Part shown: piece by piece, positions 10,505-20,908 of the stretch
Layout: each line of letters starts with the position of its first letter
How positions within the stretch are numbered: the first letter of the stretch is position 1
Source of the DNA: Diplonema japonicum
Lineage: Eukaryota; Protista; Euglenozoa: Diplonemea
NCBI GenBank assembly: GCA_964019335.1
Contig: OZ025652.1
Span: 496,001 to 560,000, forward strand
Direction: 5' to 3'
DNA length: 64,000 nt
Translations under genes and position numbers: made by a program
The notes under the pieces: generated by a model
What the model saw: only the letters and a program-made list of their open reading frames with translations
The model's database searches: none
Told to the model about the DNA's origin: nothing

Positions 10505-12190
10505 CTTTGGCGATGTGTGCTCTTCCCTGTTGCACACTTCTGATGTTGTTGTTTTTGTTGATGTTGTTGTAGAAGTTGTTGAGTTGCGCCTAGCTGTTGC
10601 ACCATAGGCGCCATTGCCTGCGCGATCAACCTTTGTACCACATCGGTAGCTCCAAGCGGGTCTTGGGTGGGCGGGGTCGGTTCTGGTTTCTTGGTAGCGG
10701 TAACCTGCTGTACGGCCTGCTGCAGTTGCTGGATCTGTTGGACGATGGGTTTCAGTGCCTCTGCGATGATGCCGTTCACCATGTCCGCCCAGTTCGGTGG
10801 TGTAGGCTGCGGGGACGACAACGAAGGTTGTTGGGGTTTCCAGGCGCTCGTCGTGCCACCTTGGAACGTCACAGTCCCGCCGATCCCTACACCTTCCTTC
10901 TTCGCCTTCGGGTTTTTCGCCTTTGGGTTTTTCGCCTTCGGGTCTCTCGCATTCGGGTTCTTCGCCTTCGCCCCAGCCGTCTTTTTCGGTCTTTGGTTTA
11001 CCACAGTCTTCGATGTCACGTCGCCCTTCTCCGCGTCGGTCTCCTCCATCTTGGCGTCCACTCGGCGCTCGTTCTTCTTCCTTAGCAGTCCGATCCCACC
11101 GAACAGCGGCACCTCGAACCCGGGTGGCTCCTTCTGTGCTAGCAGCATCCACCTTTTGGTCGACCCTCTTAGGGATGACCGAGTCACCTCGACCGTCCAC
11201 CCCCATGCAGCCAACATCATCTTGAGTTCTGTTGGTCTCATGTCGCGTGGCACCTTCTCCAGATACCAAGCCTCCGTCTGCGGTGTCGCTAGACCCCTTG
11301 GCTTCGAGGTTCTTCCGGAGTTCGTTCTCCGCTGTACCCGGCGCCACACGAATACCAACCCGCTGTCGCTGGTCCACCGCAACCCCAGCGTATTGCTGGT
11401 ACTTCTGTGCCACCGAGACGGCCATCTCGAGTGTCATACCCTTCTTCAGCCACACCACGCTGTCAGAAGTCTCATCCATCGGCAGCCTTGCGGTGATCCC
11501 GTCCTTGCCACTCCTACCTAGTAGCTCCGGTGCTCTGTTGGATGCCACACAGACCGTGGTCTTCGCGCACTCCGGGTATACCCTCGGCCTGGAGAGGTCG
11601 AAGTCCTTACCTCCAACCCAGGTGGTGAACATTTTGTTGGCCTCATCCAACGAGGACTTCTTGTGTAGCGTGAGATGCACCAGCGTCGTGCACTTCTTCT
11701 TGATGGTTTCCGCCTGTCTTGCCATGGGGGCGAGATCGGACCAACCCATATGTGACATCCAAACTGTCAGTGATGTCGTGCCGGAGCGGTCTGGAAGGTC
11801 AAACGCGACTTGTTGCTTCTTGCCAGGGATCGCTGGTAGCGGTTGGCGGGAGATGAGAGTGAGGTGCTCCGGTTTGTGGTGCGACAGGTGCCATTCGCAC
11901 GCTGCCATGTCTTCCTGCTCGACTAGCATGACACCACAGCAGTTTTCCGTCACACCGATGATGTCTGTAATGATCGGGAATGTCCAATCCTCTCCGTGTC
12001 TGATAAAGGAGAGACAGCGAAATAGTTGTCCTCCTTGGTTACCGCATGAACGCAGGCGGAAACCGTAGCTCCTCACCTGCCCGTCGTACCACTTACGCAC
12101 CTGATATGCCCACCCCTTCTCGCTCGTCTCTTCGCGGCCGAAGCCCCCGGGCGGCGCCTCCGAGGAGGCGGACGAGCCGGGTTTTGTCAT
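10501..12190 (-). pseudogene. Retrotransposon ORF1 (~562 aa once one frameshift is repaired)
   Basis: Removing one base from the G4 run at 11294-11297 joins ...ELRKNLEAKG (frame of ORF 10106-12190) to LATPQTEAWYLEKVP... (ORF 10501-11382). The repaired ORF has basic KAKNP repeats and a Q-rich C-terminus. Confidence 0.6.
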
Positions 12191-12262
12191 TTTGAATGAT
12201 TTGATAGTTTACCCAGTAACCCCCTAAAAAAAAAAGAGAAAAAAGATCAGTATCAGAAGACA

Positions 12263-12298
<36 letters not shown>

Positions 12299-12718
12299 TT
12301 CTCTTTGCTAGATATGGCTGAACTGTAATCAAATGCGATCAAAAGATTTTTCACTTGTTTTTTTTTTTTTTTTTTTTTTCTTTTTTTCCACTCTGTGTTT
12401 TTTTTTTTTTTTTTTTTCCCTTCTTTTTTTTTCTTCTTGGAAACAAAATATAGACACGGGTTTTGAAGGAAAAAGAAGATGGGGGGAAAAAAAAAAAGAA
12501 AAAGAAAGGAGAATACAGATGATTTCTCATTTCCTCCCTTCTTTTCTCTCGGCGGTCCTTTTTTTTTTTCCCCGTTCCCTCGTTGCCTCCTCTTCTCATT
12601 AACACGTGATGACAAATAATATAAAAAAAAAAAAAAAATCGCATTTGATAAGTTGCCCCTGTCTAGAAAAGCATATATTCATAATAACGTCTCAACTTCG
12701 ATAAAGTGTACCAAAAAA

Positions 12719-13292
12719 AATAACTATTTATTGCCAACAAATAATGAGTCATTATTTAACTCGAGTTCCCGAATTTTTTGCACGAGGGCCCGCAGGGCCC
12801 GAGTGCAAAAAAACGGGTAACGAGTGTTAAATAATGGCTCATTTGGCGGCAAGTAAGTCGTTTTATTTCACTCTTCGTCATTTGAGTCACTCACTCTTCA
12901 CTGCTTTCACTGCTGTTTTTTTTCACGCAGGTCAGCTTTTTGGGGATTTTCCTAAGGTAATACAGGGTAGCTATTTCGCCGTGGCATTTAAAGGGGAAGT
13001 AAGGCACTTATTCCCACTTTTAAGGGCTGGAATGGCCTCAGATGGCCAAAAATAGTCAAAATACCCCCACCCCAAAAAAATTTTTCAAGGGGTTGGGTGC
13101 ATTTTTTTCCACGACAAGACCCATTTTTTCACTCTGAAGGGCCATTATTTAACTGCAAAATCTCATTATTTAACTAGTTAAATAATGGCGATTTCGCGTT
13201 AAATAATGGCCGTTTCGCGTTAAATAATGGCCATTTCGCGTTAAATAATGAGGCCCCTAGTGAGTGAAGAAAATGACGAAGAGTGAAATAAA
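12719..13292. mobile_element. 574-bp non-coding hairpin element, copy 1 (non-autonomous; Crypton- or Helentron-like structure)
   Basis: Near-identical to 45918-46491. It has a ~150-nt terminal hairpin, a 23-bp inverted repeat (12861-12883 vs 13270-13292) and tandem GTTAAATAATGGC repeats. Confidence 0.85.
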
Positions 13293-13476
13293 AAAAAAAA
13301 AAAAAAAGAAATGAAAAAAACCTCTTTTCTTTTTTTTCTTTCTTTTTCGATTTGCCTCTCCTGCAGGTTTTTAACTTTTATTTTTTTTTTACTTTTTTTT
13401 TGAACACTTGAGACTTGAGAATTAGGAAGAAATGAGAATCAGGAAAAAAACAAATGTTCTTTCTATTTCTTTCTAT

Positions 13477-13676
13477 NNNNNNNNNNNNNNNNNNNNNNNN
13501 NNNNNNNNNNNNNNNNNNNNNNNNNNNNNNNNNNNNNNNNNNNNNNNNNNNNNNNNNNNNNNNNNNNNNNNNNNNNNNNNNNNNNNNNNNNNNNNNNNNN
13601 NNNNNNNNNNNNNNNNNNNNNNNNNNNNNNNNNNNNNNNNNNNNNNNNNNNNNNNNNNNNNNNNNNNNNNNNNNNN
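13477..13676. other. Assembly gap (200 N)
   Basis: Run of exactly 200 N. Confidence 0.99.
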
Positions 13677-13850
13677 GAGGTCACAGAGACACATACGTTT
13701 GCTCGCAAGCGGCCCATTGGGCACCCTTCCAAGTAAAAGAAGGAAAAACCACTTCCGAAAAAAGGGGAACGCAATTGTCGGAGAGGAAACAAAGAAAGAA
13801 AGAGAAAAAAGAGAGGACATAAAAAAAAAAAAAATATATATATATATATA

Positions 13851-15515
13851 CTGTAAAACGAAAAACTCCCGGACGGAAAAATGTCCGAGTTTTTTTGGCG
13901 TCCGGGAATTTTTCCGTCCGGGAGTTTTTCCGTCCGGGAATTTTTTTTAGGTAAGGCCGTCAGGGGGCCTGGTCCACTACCACCTACATACTGGCCTGGG
14001 CTGCAAACGGCAACCGCGCGAAGAAACCCCAGGGTTCCCTTTCTGCATCTTTGTCCTCCCTTGCTGCCCCTGAGGCAATCAGCTTGTCGAGCCTTCGTGT
14101 GGCCTACTACCTTTCTTAATAGATGCTTTACAGCTGCGTTCAACCCAATATCCATCGGTTGAACCATGTAGGTGAGCCCAGGGGGACAAAAGCAATGTGC
14201 ACGTTTGCGCCTGCGAACCACTCTACGAACCCATAGGCATAGGTCGTATGAGAGTTGTGGTCGCCGACAAGCAGCAGAATCGGCCCGTTCGGCAAAACCA
14301 GGGAATCGATGATTTATTGCAAAAAGGAAGAAACAGCTCCGTAACCCAGATACCGAGTATCATAATTAGCCCAATGATTGGGCGATGCCGTTAGGCTCCA
14401 TTCGGTGGGCGGGTGCTTGACCGGGGCACGGATAATCCCTGCCGGTTGCGTTTCCGCTTTGCCTTTGTATTTAACCATCCAGCCAAGGAAACAGCCAGCT
14501 GTTCGGTTATAGCCCGTTTTGTCCCCCAAGCCACGGACTTTTACGACCTTAGCACCCCTTTTTTTTGTTTTGGTTTTTAACCCCGTATTCCAGACCAATT
14601 CCGGCCTTACTTTATGGGTGTCGATTATGGACCTGAATTCCATGGTGAAACAGCGTGCCTTCTCGTTGTCCTTCTCGTTTCCGGGCTTTCCGGAGGTGGC
14701 TTGCGGCTTTTGTCTTTCTTGCTGCAAAATTTTGTCAGCCTAGCCAGTGGAAAAGGACAGTGCCCCACCAAAGTCTACCAGTCTGTCTTTCGGGCTGGAT
14801 TGGCGCACAGCAGCCCTTCTGCATAGGTGCATATTTGTTGTGCTGGGATAGGCTCACCAAGCCCGTTTACCTATCGACTCAAGCAAAAACCTTTCAGCCC
14901 CCGAAGGATGCTAAATCCCGTATTGGGCGATACGCAGCTATCACGGCGTCGCGGCGGCCAGGGTGTGGTTGGGTGGAATAGCAACGTCCAGTATTTCCGT
15001 CTGGAAGAAACCGGGGGCTCTGTTGAACCTGTTGCTGCCGTCTTCTGACCGAGGCAGAGGCCGCCAAGCTGCTTTCGGGGGTTTGTACTGGCCCGGTGTA
15101 AGGAGTTTATCTCCTCCACCTCTCGGGGGTGAGCTGGCCGGGGGTGTCAGCACCAAAGTTGGGCCCCTCACAAGCCAGCTGCTCAACGTGCCATGGGTAG
15201 TCGAACTGGTCAATTTGACGAAAGAAGTACGGGTTTATGAGAAGTTAAAGATCCCGTGGGTGCTGTTTGTTGGTGCATTGAAAGGGGAAGAAAAATTCAA
15301 ACTGCCACGCAGGGTGACATTTTGGCTCTGCACAAGGAATAAAGCCCTTCCAGGCAAACGTGGTGGGAGCTGCTACCCCCCTTAAGTAAAAAAACTTCTT
15401 CCCAGAAAAACTCCCGGACGGAAAAATGTCCGGGTTTTTTTGGTGTCCGGGAGTTTTTCCGTCCGGGAGTTTTTCTGTCCGAGAATTTTTCCGTCCGACA
15501 TTATTCGTTTTACAG
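13851..15515 (-). mobile_element. Degenerate pogo/Tc2-like (Tc1/mariner superfamily, DDE_1) DNA transposon
   Basis: TIRs CTGTAAAACGAA...TTCGTTTTACAG, flanked by (TA)n on both sides. Subterminal AAAAACTCCCGGACGG arrays. Broken transposase motifs ELVWN, RGAKVVKVRG, YKGK, SPNHWAN and PPGLTYMVQPMDIGLNAAVK. Confidence 0.85.
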
Positions 15516-15768
15516 TATATATATATATATATAAAATCACACACGTGAGATCATTACTTTTTTTATTTATTATCGGAAAAGGGGCAAAAAGGATAGCCAG
15601 GGGGGGTTTTTTTTCTTGTTCTTGTTCTTCTTCTTTTTTTTTTTTTTTTCTTCTCCCCTTTCCCCTTTCAAAAAAAAAAAAATACAGAAACTGAAATTAT
15701 TTCAAGCCCTTTAGCAAATGGGAGAGGAAGAAACAACTTGGAAAAAAAAAAAAAAAAAAAAAAAAAAT

Positions 15769-17130
15769 CTAGGAAGACAACGAGGTCAACCCCGCAGTGG
15801 ACGAATATTCCCCATCATCATCAGAATCATTGTTTGGCGAACCGCGACATTTGTTGGCGAAGTACGTGTCCACAATTTGAAGGTATTTTGCTTCGTTGTA
15901 CGTCCCGCCGAACAAATTGCAAGACAAGTTCGCTTCAAGAAGAAGCGGACCGTGTTCATCAGTGATTGCTACATCCCAACCAACAGCGGGAACAGAGGGC
16001 ATCATCCTTCTGTGGGCCTCAATACACATTTGTTTGGCGGAGTGCGATGCCTTTAAACGATGCCCGGTAAGTTTAATACCGGTGTCAGAATGATGGGTAA
16101 TTCCAGTTTTTGAAAGAGGATGCGAACCTGCAACGCCTACCTGGTACCAGTTGGAGAATGCCTTTCCTTCTTGAAGGTGTCCTGTTTCGTCAACAGGCAT
16201 TAATATAGAAGAGTGGTCGGTTGCTTTACCATCCCGCCCGGCTCGGAACACAGTGGTCAGTGCAACATGTCTGTTGTCGAAATTCTCTGCGGTTGGGTCG
16301 GACATGGTGATCACCCTGAATGTACTCAGCGGCGCGCCTTGCGGAAGGATTTCTTGCAGTTCTTTAGCGTTCCTCAGCCGTTCCTGTATAATCCAATCCC
16401 CACCGTTCACAGCGTTTTTAAAAATATGAATCCCCATCCCGCCTTCAATGTTCTTATGCTTGCACACGATCTCCGGCACGTCCATGATCGGCGTCACCTT
16501 AAACTGCTTTTTCTTCAAACCCATTTCAAGAAAATCCCATTTATTTTCGTAATTATACTGTGTCTGAATGGCAGGGCGGGTGCTGTGGGCGTTGTAGTGC
16601 GCGGCAACTAGTATACTGTTAATTCTCCAAAGAGAGAACCAATGCCCAGGATGGAGGAGCTCGTCAGAAAATATTTTCAAAACTGATCGATTTTTCGCGT
16701 GCGATTCAGATCTTCTGATTTGCAATGCTGCTATGAATGTAACCAAAGGATGCGCGAATAGGAAATACGACTTCATTACAATTGAGCTGCAGCATAACAA
16801 TGACAGTGGGACGCCTGTTCCCGGAACAGCGATGTTTTTGAAATTGTTGACGAGGTCCTCCTGCAGGTTTTCTGCCCGGTAGTGGCTTTCGTTCCAGAGT
16901 TTGAACATTAGTCCTATGGAGTGCATCACGACGGCGGCGAATAAGTTGTTTTTCTCTGTTTCGTCCATCGCTGGTCCCGATTTGTCATATTTGTTCCAAA
17001 AGGGTACTCTCGGTCCGCCCGTTATCTTCCTCAGGCTATCGTACTCGTGCCTTCCGTCCTTCCAGATCATCAGACCCATGCATTTGTAGTAAACGACCAA
17101 GCTGTTCAGAGCTGAAAAAGTCTGGCCCAT
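15769..17130 (-). CDS. ATP-grasp domain protein (sugar-transfer-associated / alpha-L-glutamate ligase-related type)
   Basis: 453-aa ORF with motifs WIIQERLRN, LSTFRVIT, FRAGR and VGWDVAIT..GPLLLEAN. The N-terminus is MGQTFS. Confidence 0.75.
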   Translation of the reverse strand: MGQTFSALNSLVVYYKCMGLMIWKDGRHEYDSLRKITGGPRVPFWNKYDKSGPAMDETEKNNLFAAVVMHSIGLMFKLWNESHYRAENLQEDLVNNFKNIAVPGTGVPLSLLCCSSIVMKSYFLFAHPLVTFIAALQIRRSESHAKNRSVLKIFSDELLHPGHWFSLWRINSILVAAHYNAHSTRPAIQTQYNYENKWDFLEMGLKKKQFKVTPIMDVPEIVCKHKNIEGGMGIHIFKNAVNGGDWIIQERLRNAKELQEILPQGAPLSTFRVITMSDPTAENFDNRHVALTTVFRAGRDGKATDHSSILMPVDETGHLQEGKAFSNWYQVGVAGSHPLSKTGITHHSDTGIKLTGHRLKASHSAKQMCIEAHRRMMPSVPAVGWDVAITDEHGPLLLEANLSCNLFGGTYNEAKYLQIVDTYFANKCRGSPNNDSDDDGEYSSTAGLTSLSS

Positions 17131-17183
17131 TTTTTTTTTTTCTTTCTTTTTGGTTTTTTCCTCCCCCCTCTTTTCCGGGATAC

Positions 17184-17216
<33 letters not shown>

Positions 17217-17447
17217 GGGAATTTTTTTTGGGGGAAAAAAAGTGGTGTGTGTGTGCGCGGAGGGGTGTTGTATCGGAGGGCCTCTTCTCTTTTCCCCTCT
17301 TTCTTTTTTTTTTTTTCTTTCATTTGTTTTCCGGATAAAAAAAAGGGGGGAGTGTTGTGGGTTTAAAAAAAAAAAAATGAAATTTTGCCAAGAAACTGTA
17401 GCTGTCTTGAAGTTTCCATTTTTCAGTTTTTTTTTTTAATCGTATTA

Positions 17448-18019
17448 CATAGTATCCAGGGTTAACCGATCACCTTCGGGTTTTAAAACCCGACCCGAGC
17501 AATTTTAGATTTTTCGATCACTGTCGGGTTAATGATGGGTTTTTTTGTAATTTCGGATCGGTTTGATCGGTTTTTTTCTAATTCAAGTTCAAGTTTCAAT
17601 GTTTTTCATAATTGACTTTCGCGCCTAGTTAAAAACCCGCTAAAAACTGGGAAAATCCCGATTTTCGGGAAAATAATCCTTTTCTAAGTCGTTTCGATGC
17701 AGGCTTTGTGTATCTGGGAGGTCCGGGAGACGTATAATACAAGGGTTATAAAGTATGGTTGCACGCTCTCCTCCCGTTCTAATTATTGATTTTTGAGAAA
17801 AACCGCCAAAAAAAAGGGAAAACCCAGCTTTTCGGGAAAATAATCCTTTTTCTAAGTCGTTTTGATGCTCCCTGGGGTCGGCTTTGTGTATCTGGGGGGC
17901 CCGGGATACGAATATAAGGGTTTTAAGCATGGTTGCATGCTCACCTTTCATTTGACGTCAATTTAAAACCCGATTGTAATTAAAAACCCGCGGGTGATCG
18001 GTTAACCCTGGATACTATG
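17448..18019. mobile_element. 572-bp MITE with 27-bp perfect TIRs and a 6-bp target-site duplication
   Basis: CATAGTATCCAGGGTTAACCGATCACC at 17448-17474 and its reverse complement at 17993-18019. GTATTA flanks both sides (17442-17447, 18020-18025). There is an internal ~110-bp duplication. Confidence 0.9.
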
Positions 18020-18360
18020 GTATTACAAAAAAAGGGGGGGGGGGAGGACGTTTTCTCAAAAAGAAAAAGAAAAAGGGCATTTTGTCTCTTTTTTCTTTTA
18101 ATTTTGTGGACAATTCCCCACACTACCTACAAGAGGTCTTTTTTTTTTTTTTTTTTTTTTTTTTCCTTCTTCAAAATAAAATATTTCATTCAAAAAAATT
18201 TTTAAACGTGGACAAAAAAAAAATAAGGGGGTCGGCGGGAAGAAAAAAGGCAACGAGGAAAGATAGAAAAAGAAACAAAAAAAAAAAAAAAAAAAAAAAC
18301 TAAAGAGAAAAAAAAAAACACTGGGAAAGGGGGGGAAGAAAAAATCTTTTTTTTTTCTTC

Positions 18361-20908
18361 TCACGCGGACCCGGCATCGGTCTGGATTTCTTTCCATCTC
18401 TTAGCGTCCTGTAAAAAAGAAAAAAAATTTTTTTTTAATCCCTCCTCCACGGGCATACATCCACATTATCACTGGCCCTCTTGGTCTTCACGTACTTCAG
18501 AGTGTTCTCAAGGTAAACATGCGGTTTTGCGACGTCGGGGAGGTCCTCCATGTCGCCGCCAGCATTGGCAAACTTCACATTGATCATTTCCCACAAGACA
18601 TTCATGTGCTTGACAGTGACCTCTCTGTTGCAGTTGGCGAAGAAGTACAGATATCTATTGAGGATATCCACGAAGAGAGGGGGGCTCTGCGCCTCCGTGC
18701 AGCTGTCGACAATCTTAATGGAACGCTTCAGGCACTCGAGAACCTTTTTTTTTCCTTCCCCCCCCCCCCCCAATTTGGTACAATACCTTCTTGCCCTCTT
18801 CGCTCTCTGATTTCGCGAACAATGTAGAGCACATAGCTGCCGCCCTGCACTGGTCAGGCTTCTTTAACAATTTTGCTGAGTAACTGCACAGTTTCTGGCA
18901 ATACTTGTCCACGGACTCCTCGTCCAACCTCATAAGCGACTCAACAGCCGACACCATTAATGGCAGCTGCGAGATCTGTGTCTTGCTGTCACCGCAGATC
19001 TCCTCCTCGTACAATAGGAAAGCGCAGTCCAGGAAGTCCGCGCACTTCTCTGGAAGATCGCACTTGTCAGCCACCCTAGCCGCCTGCAGGTACACGTTCA
19101 AAGCCTGCTTCGCGTACTGTCTGCTTAGCACCTCCAAGGTGTCCGACACATATTTCAATATTTTCTCAATGGTCACCTTCCCAACGTCGATGTCGGGGTT
19201 CTTCTTCGCTTTCTTTGCGAGCTTCCTCTTCTTGGCTGCGAGCTTCAAGAAACAGAACACCAAGGGGGTCAGGGTGTACCTTTTGTTGTTTTTTTTTTTT
19301 TTCTTCTTTTTTTTTTCTATACCTGATGCTCTTCTCACCGCCCTGTCCGAACTGCTTGCGGGAAGTGGAGAACATCTTGAAGAGCACGTCGGGGCTGTCG
19401 TTCTGGAAGAGGTGCACCATCTTCGCGACGAGGATCTGGTCGTCCTCGAACTCGTCGTCACCCTCGTGCTCCTTGGACTCCACCACAAGCGGCTTGATGA
19501 ACTCGAACATGCGGGTCACGTGTTCGACTGTCTCGAGGGGTTCACCCGACTTGAGTGCTGCCTCGCACAACTCGCGAGCAACCTCCCTGCGGGCACCGTG
19601 CTCGAGGACGTCAAGCAGCACCGGCCAGCCATCAAGGTCAAGGACGGAGGCCATGTTCCCGAAGTGCTCGACAGGCTTCGTCAGCATCTGCTTCACAAGG
19701 TTCACCGTCTTGAAGTCAAGTTTCTGCTCGTCGAGGTGCTTAGCAGTGGCAAAGAACATCTCGTTGATCCTGTCGGACCTGTCGGGGTACGCCTGCAGCA
19801 CCAGCTTCAGGAGCGAGAGTTTCGTCGACACGAACTTCTGGTGGTCCATAGTACCGGGCCTCTGCTCCACAAGGTCGTTTGTGACCTTCTGGAACTCATC
19901 GAACATGTGGGCAAGAGCGTTCCTCTCCCACTTGGGCCTCTTCACACCGGCCTCCTTGGTCTGCAAGCTGTACCTCCCCAGCCTGTCCATCAGCGATGTA
20001 AGGATGGTCTGCAGGTTCACGTCTGTCATGAGCTCGGTGCAGACGGTCTGCAGAAGCTCCTCGAGGGTTGCAAGGTGGAACTCATCAGGGAAGACCTGGA
20101 TCATGATCTCTGACAAGTACTGCTGTGCGATGATGTCCTTGGAGTTGGCGATGACCTCTGTCACACGGGGCATGACGGTCGTCTTGTAGGTCTCGAGGTC
20201 GATGCCGTCGAGGTTGCCCAGCCTCGTCAGGTTGAATCCGACAAGCAGCCTCACCGCCTCCCTCTCCTTGGCACGGCGTGTGGCGTCGGTGACGATCTGC
20301 TTGCTCTCCATCCTGACCCACAGCCACACCATCTCCTTGAAGTTCTGCAGCACGAACTCCACGGAGTCAGTGACAGAGCCGCTCTCTTCACCTTCGTATT
20401 CGTTGTCCACGTCGGGAAGCTTGTTCTTGGTGAGGGTGGACAGGTAGTGTCTGAGGAAGAGACCGCGGGTGGGGTGCTGGACACCTTTGCACATTTCGAC
20501 AAGATCCTTAAGGATATCCTTCGCAGGAGCCTCCTTGGACTTGATGTACACGGAGCCCACGGTGATGAGAAGGTAGAGACGGGGGACGATGTTGCCAGCG
20601 TGCTGGACGATCTCGTAGAGTTCCTCGACCTTTCTGCCGTTCATCATGACCTCCTCGGTGAAGAAGATCTCGAGGTAGGTGAGTTCGTCACTTACTCTGA
20701 CATACAGCTCGTAGTAGTTCTGCGGCGTGAGGTGCGATGTCCTCAGCTCCGCAAGCATCAGCGACGCGAACTTCAGCACATCCTGCAGGTTCCTCGCCTC
20801 AATCGCATCCTTCATGGCAACAGCATGGCCCTCAACGGCACGCAGACCTTCCAACAGCCACTTCGACTGCTCCTCCTCCGCAGTGAGCGGCGCTTCGTTC
20901 GTCGACAT
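18361..20908 (-). CDS. VPS35: Vacuolar protein sorting 35 (retromer cargo-recognition subunit), ~803 aa, 3 introns
   Basis: Motifs ELRTS.LTPQNYYELY, VQHAGNIVPRLYLLITVG and VQHPTRGLFLR. Exons are 20908-19323, 19279-18787, 18743-18459 and 18408-18361. Splicing restores IRYTLTPLVF and GKKVLECLKRS. Confidence 0.95.

Larger units (their letters stand above)
8570..12190 (-). mobile_element. Degenerate non-LTR retrotransposon: ORF1 plus ORF2 (2A-like peptide, APE endonuclease); RT apparently deleted
   Basis: APE motifs NVTSW, ILCVQET, VVNLYA, VGDMN, PTY, RPDYILMN and SHRAL at 9400-10160. GDVHPNPGP lies upstream. There are several 1-nt frameshifts and no RT (YxDD) motif. Boundaries are approximate. 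Confidence 0.8.

Noticed and set aside
10106-12190. 694-aa ORF as one real protein
   Set aside because: The middle third is an off-frame reading caused by a 1-nt indel at ~11295. The ORF is better read as ORF1 N-terminus plus ORF2 leader.
13178-13250. Short tandem repeats resembling a CRISPR array (also 13861-13946)
   Set aside because: There are no unique spacers and no cas genes, the context is eukaryotic, and the repeats are subterminal repeats of transposons.
13432-13950. ORFs spanning the N run
   Set aside because: Artefacts of the 200-N scaffold gap. True distance and contiguity across the gap are unknown.
18409-19322. Non-canonical or introner-type (transposon-derived) introns
   Set aside because: All boundaries are GT-AG, and the introns share no internal sequence or terminal inverted repeats. 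The AG|GT repeats at some junctions are the normal proto-splice context.
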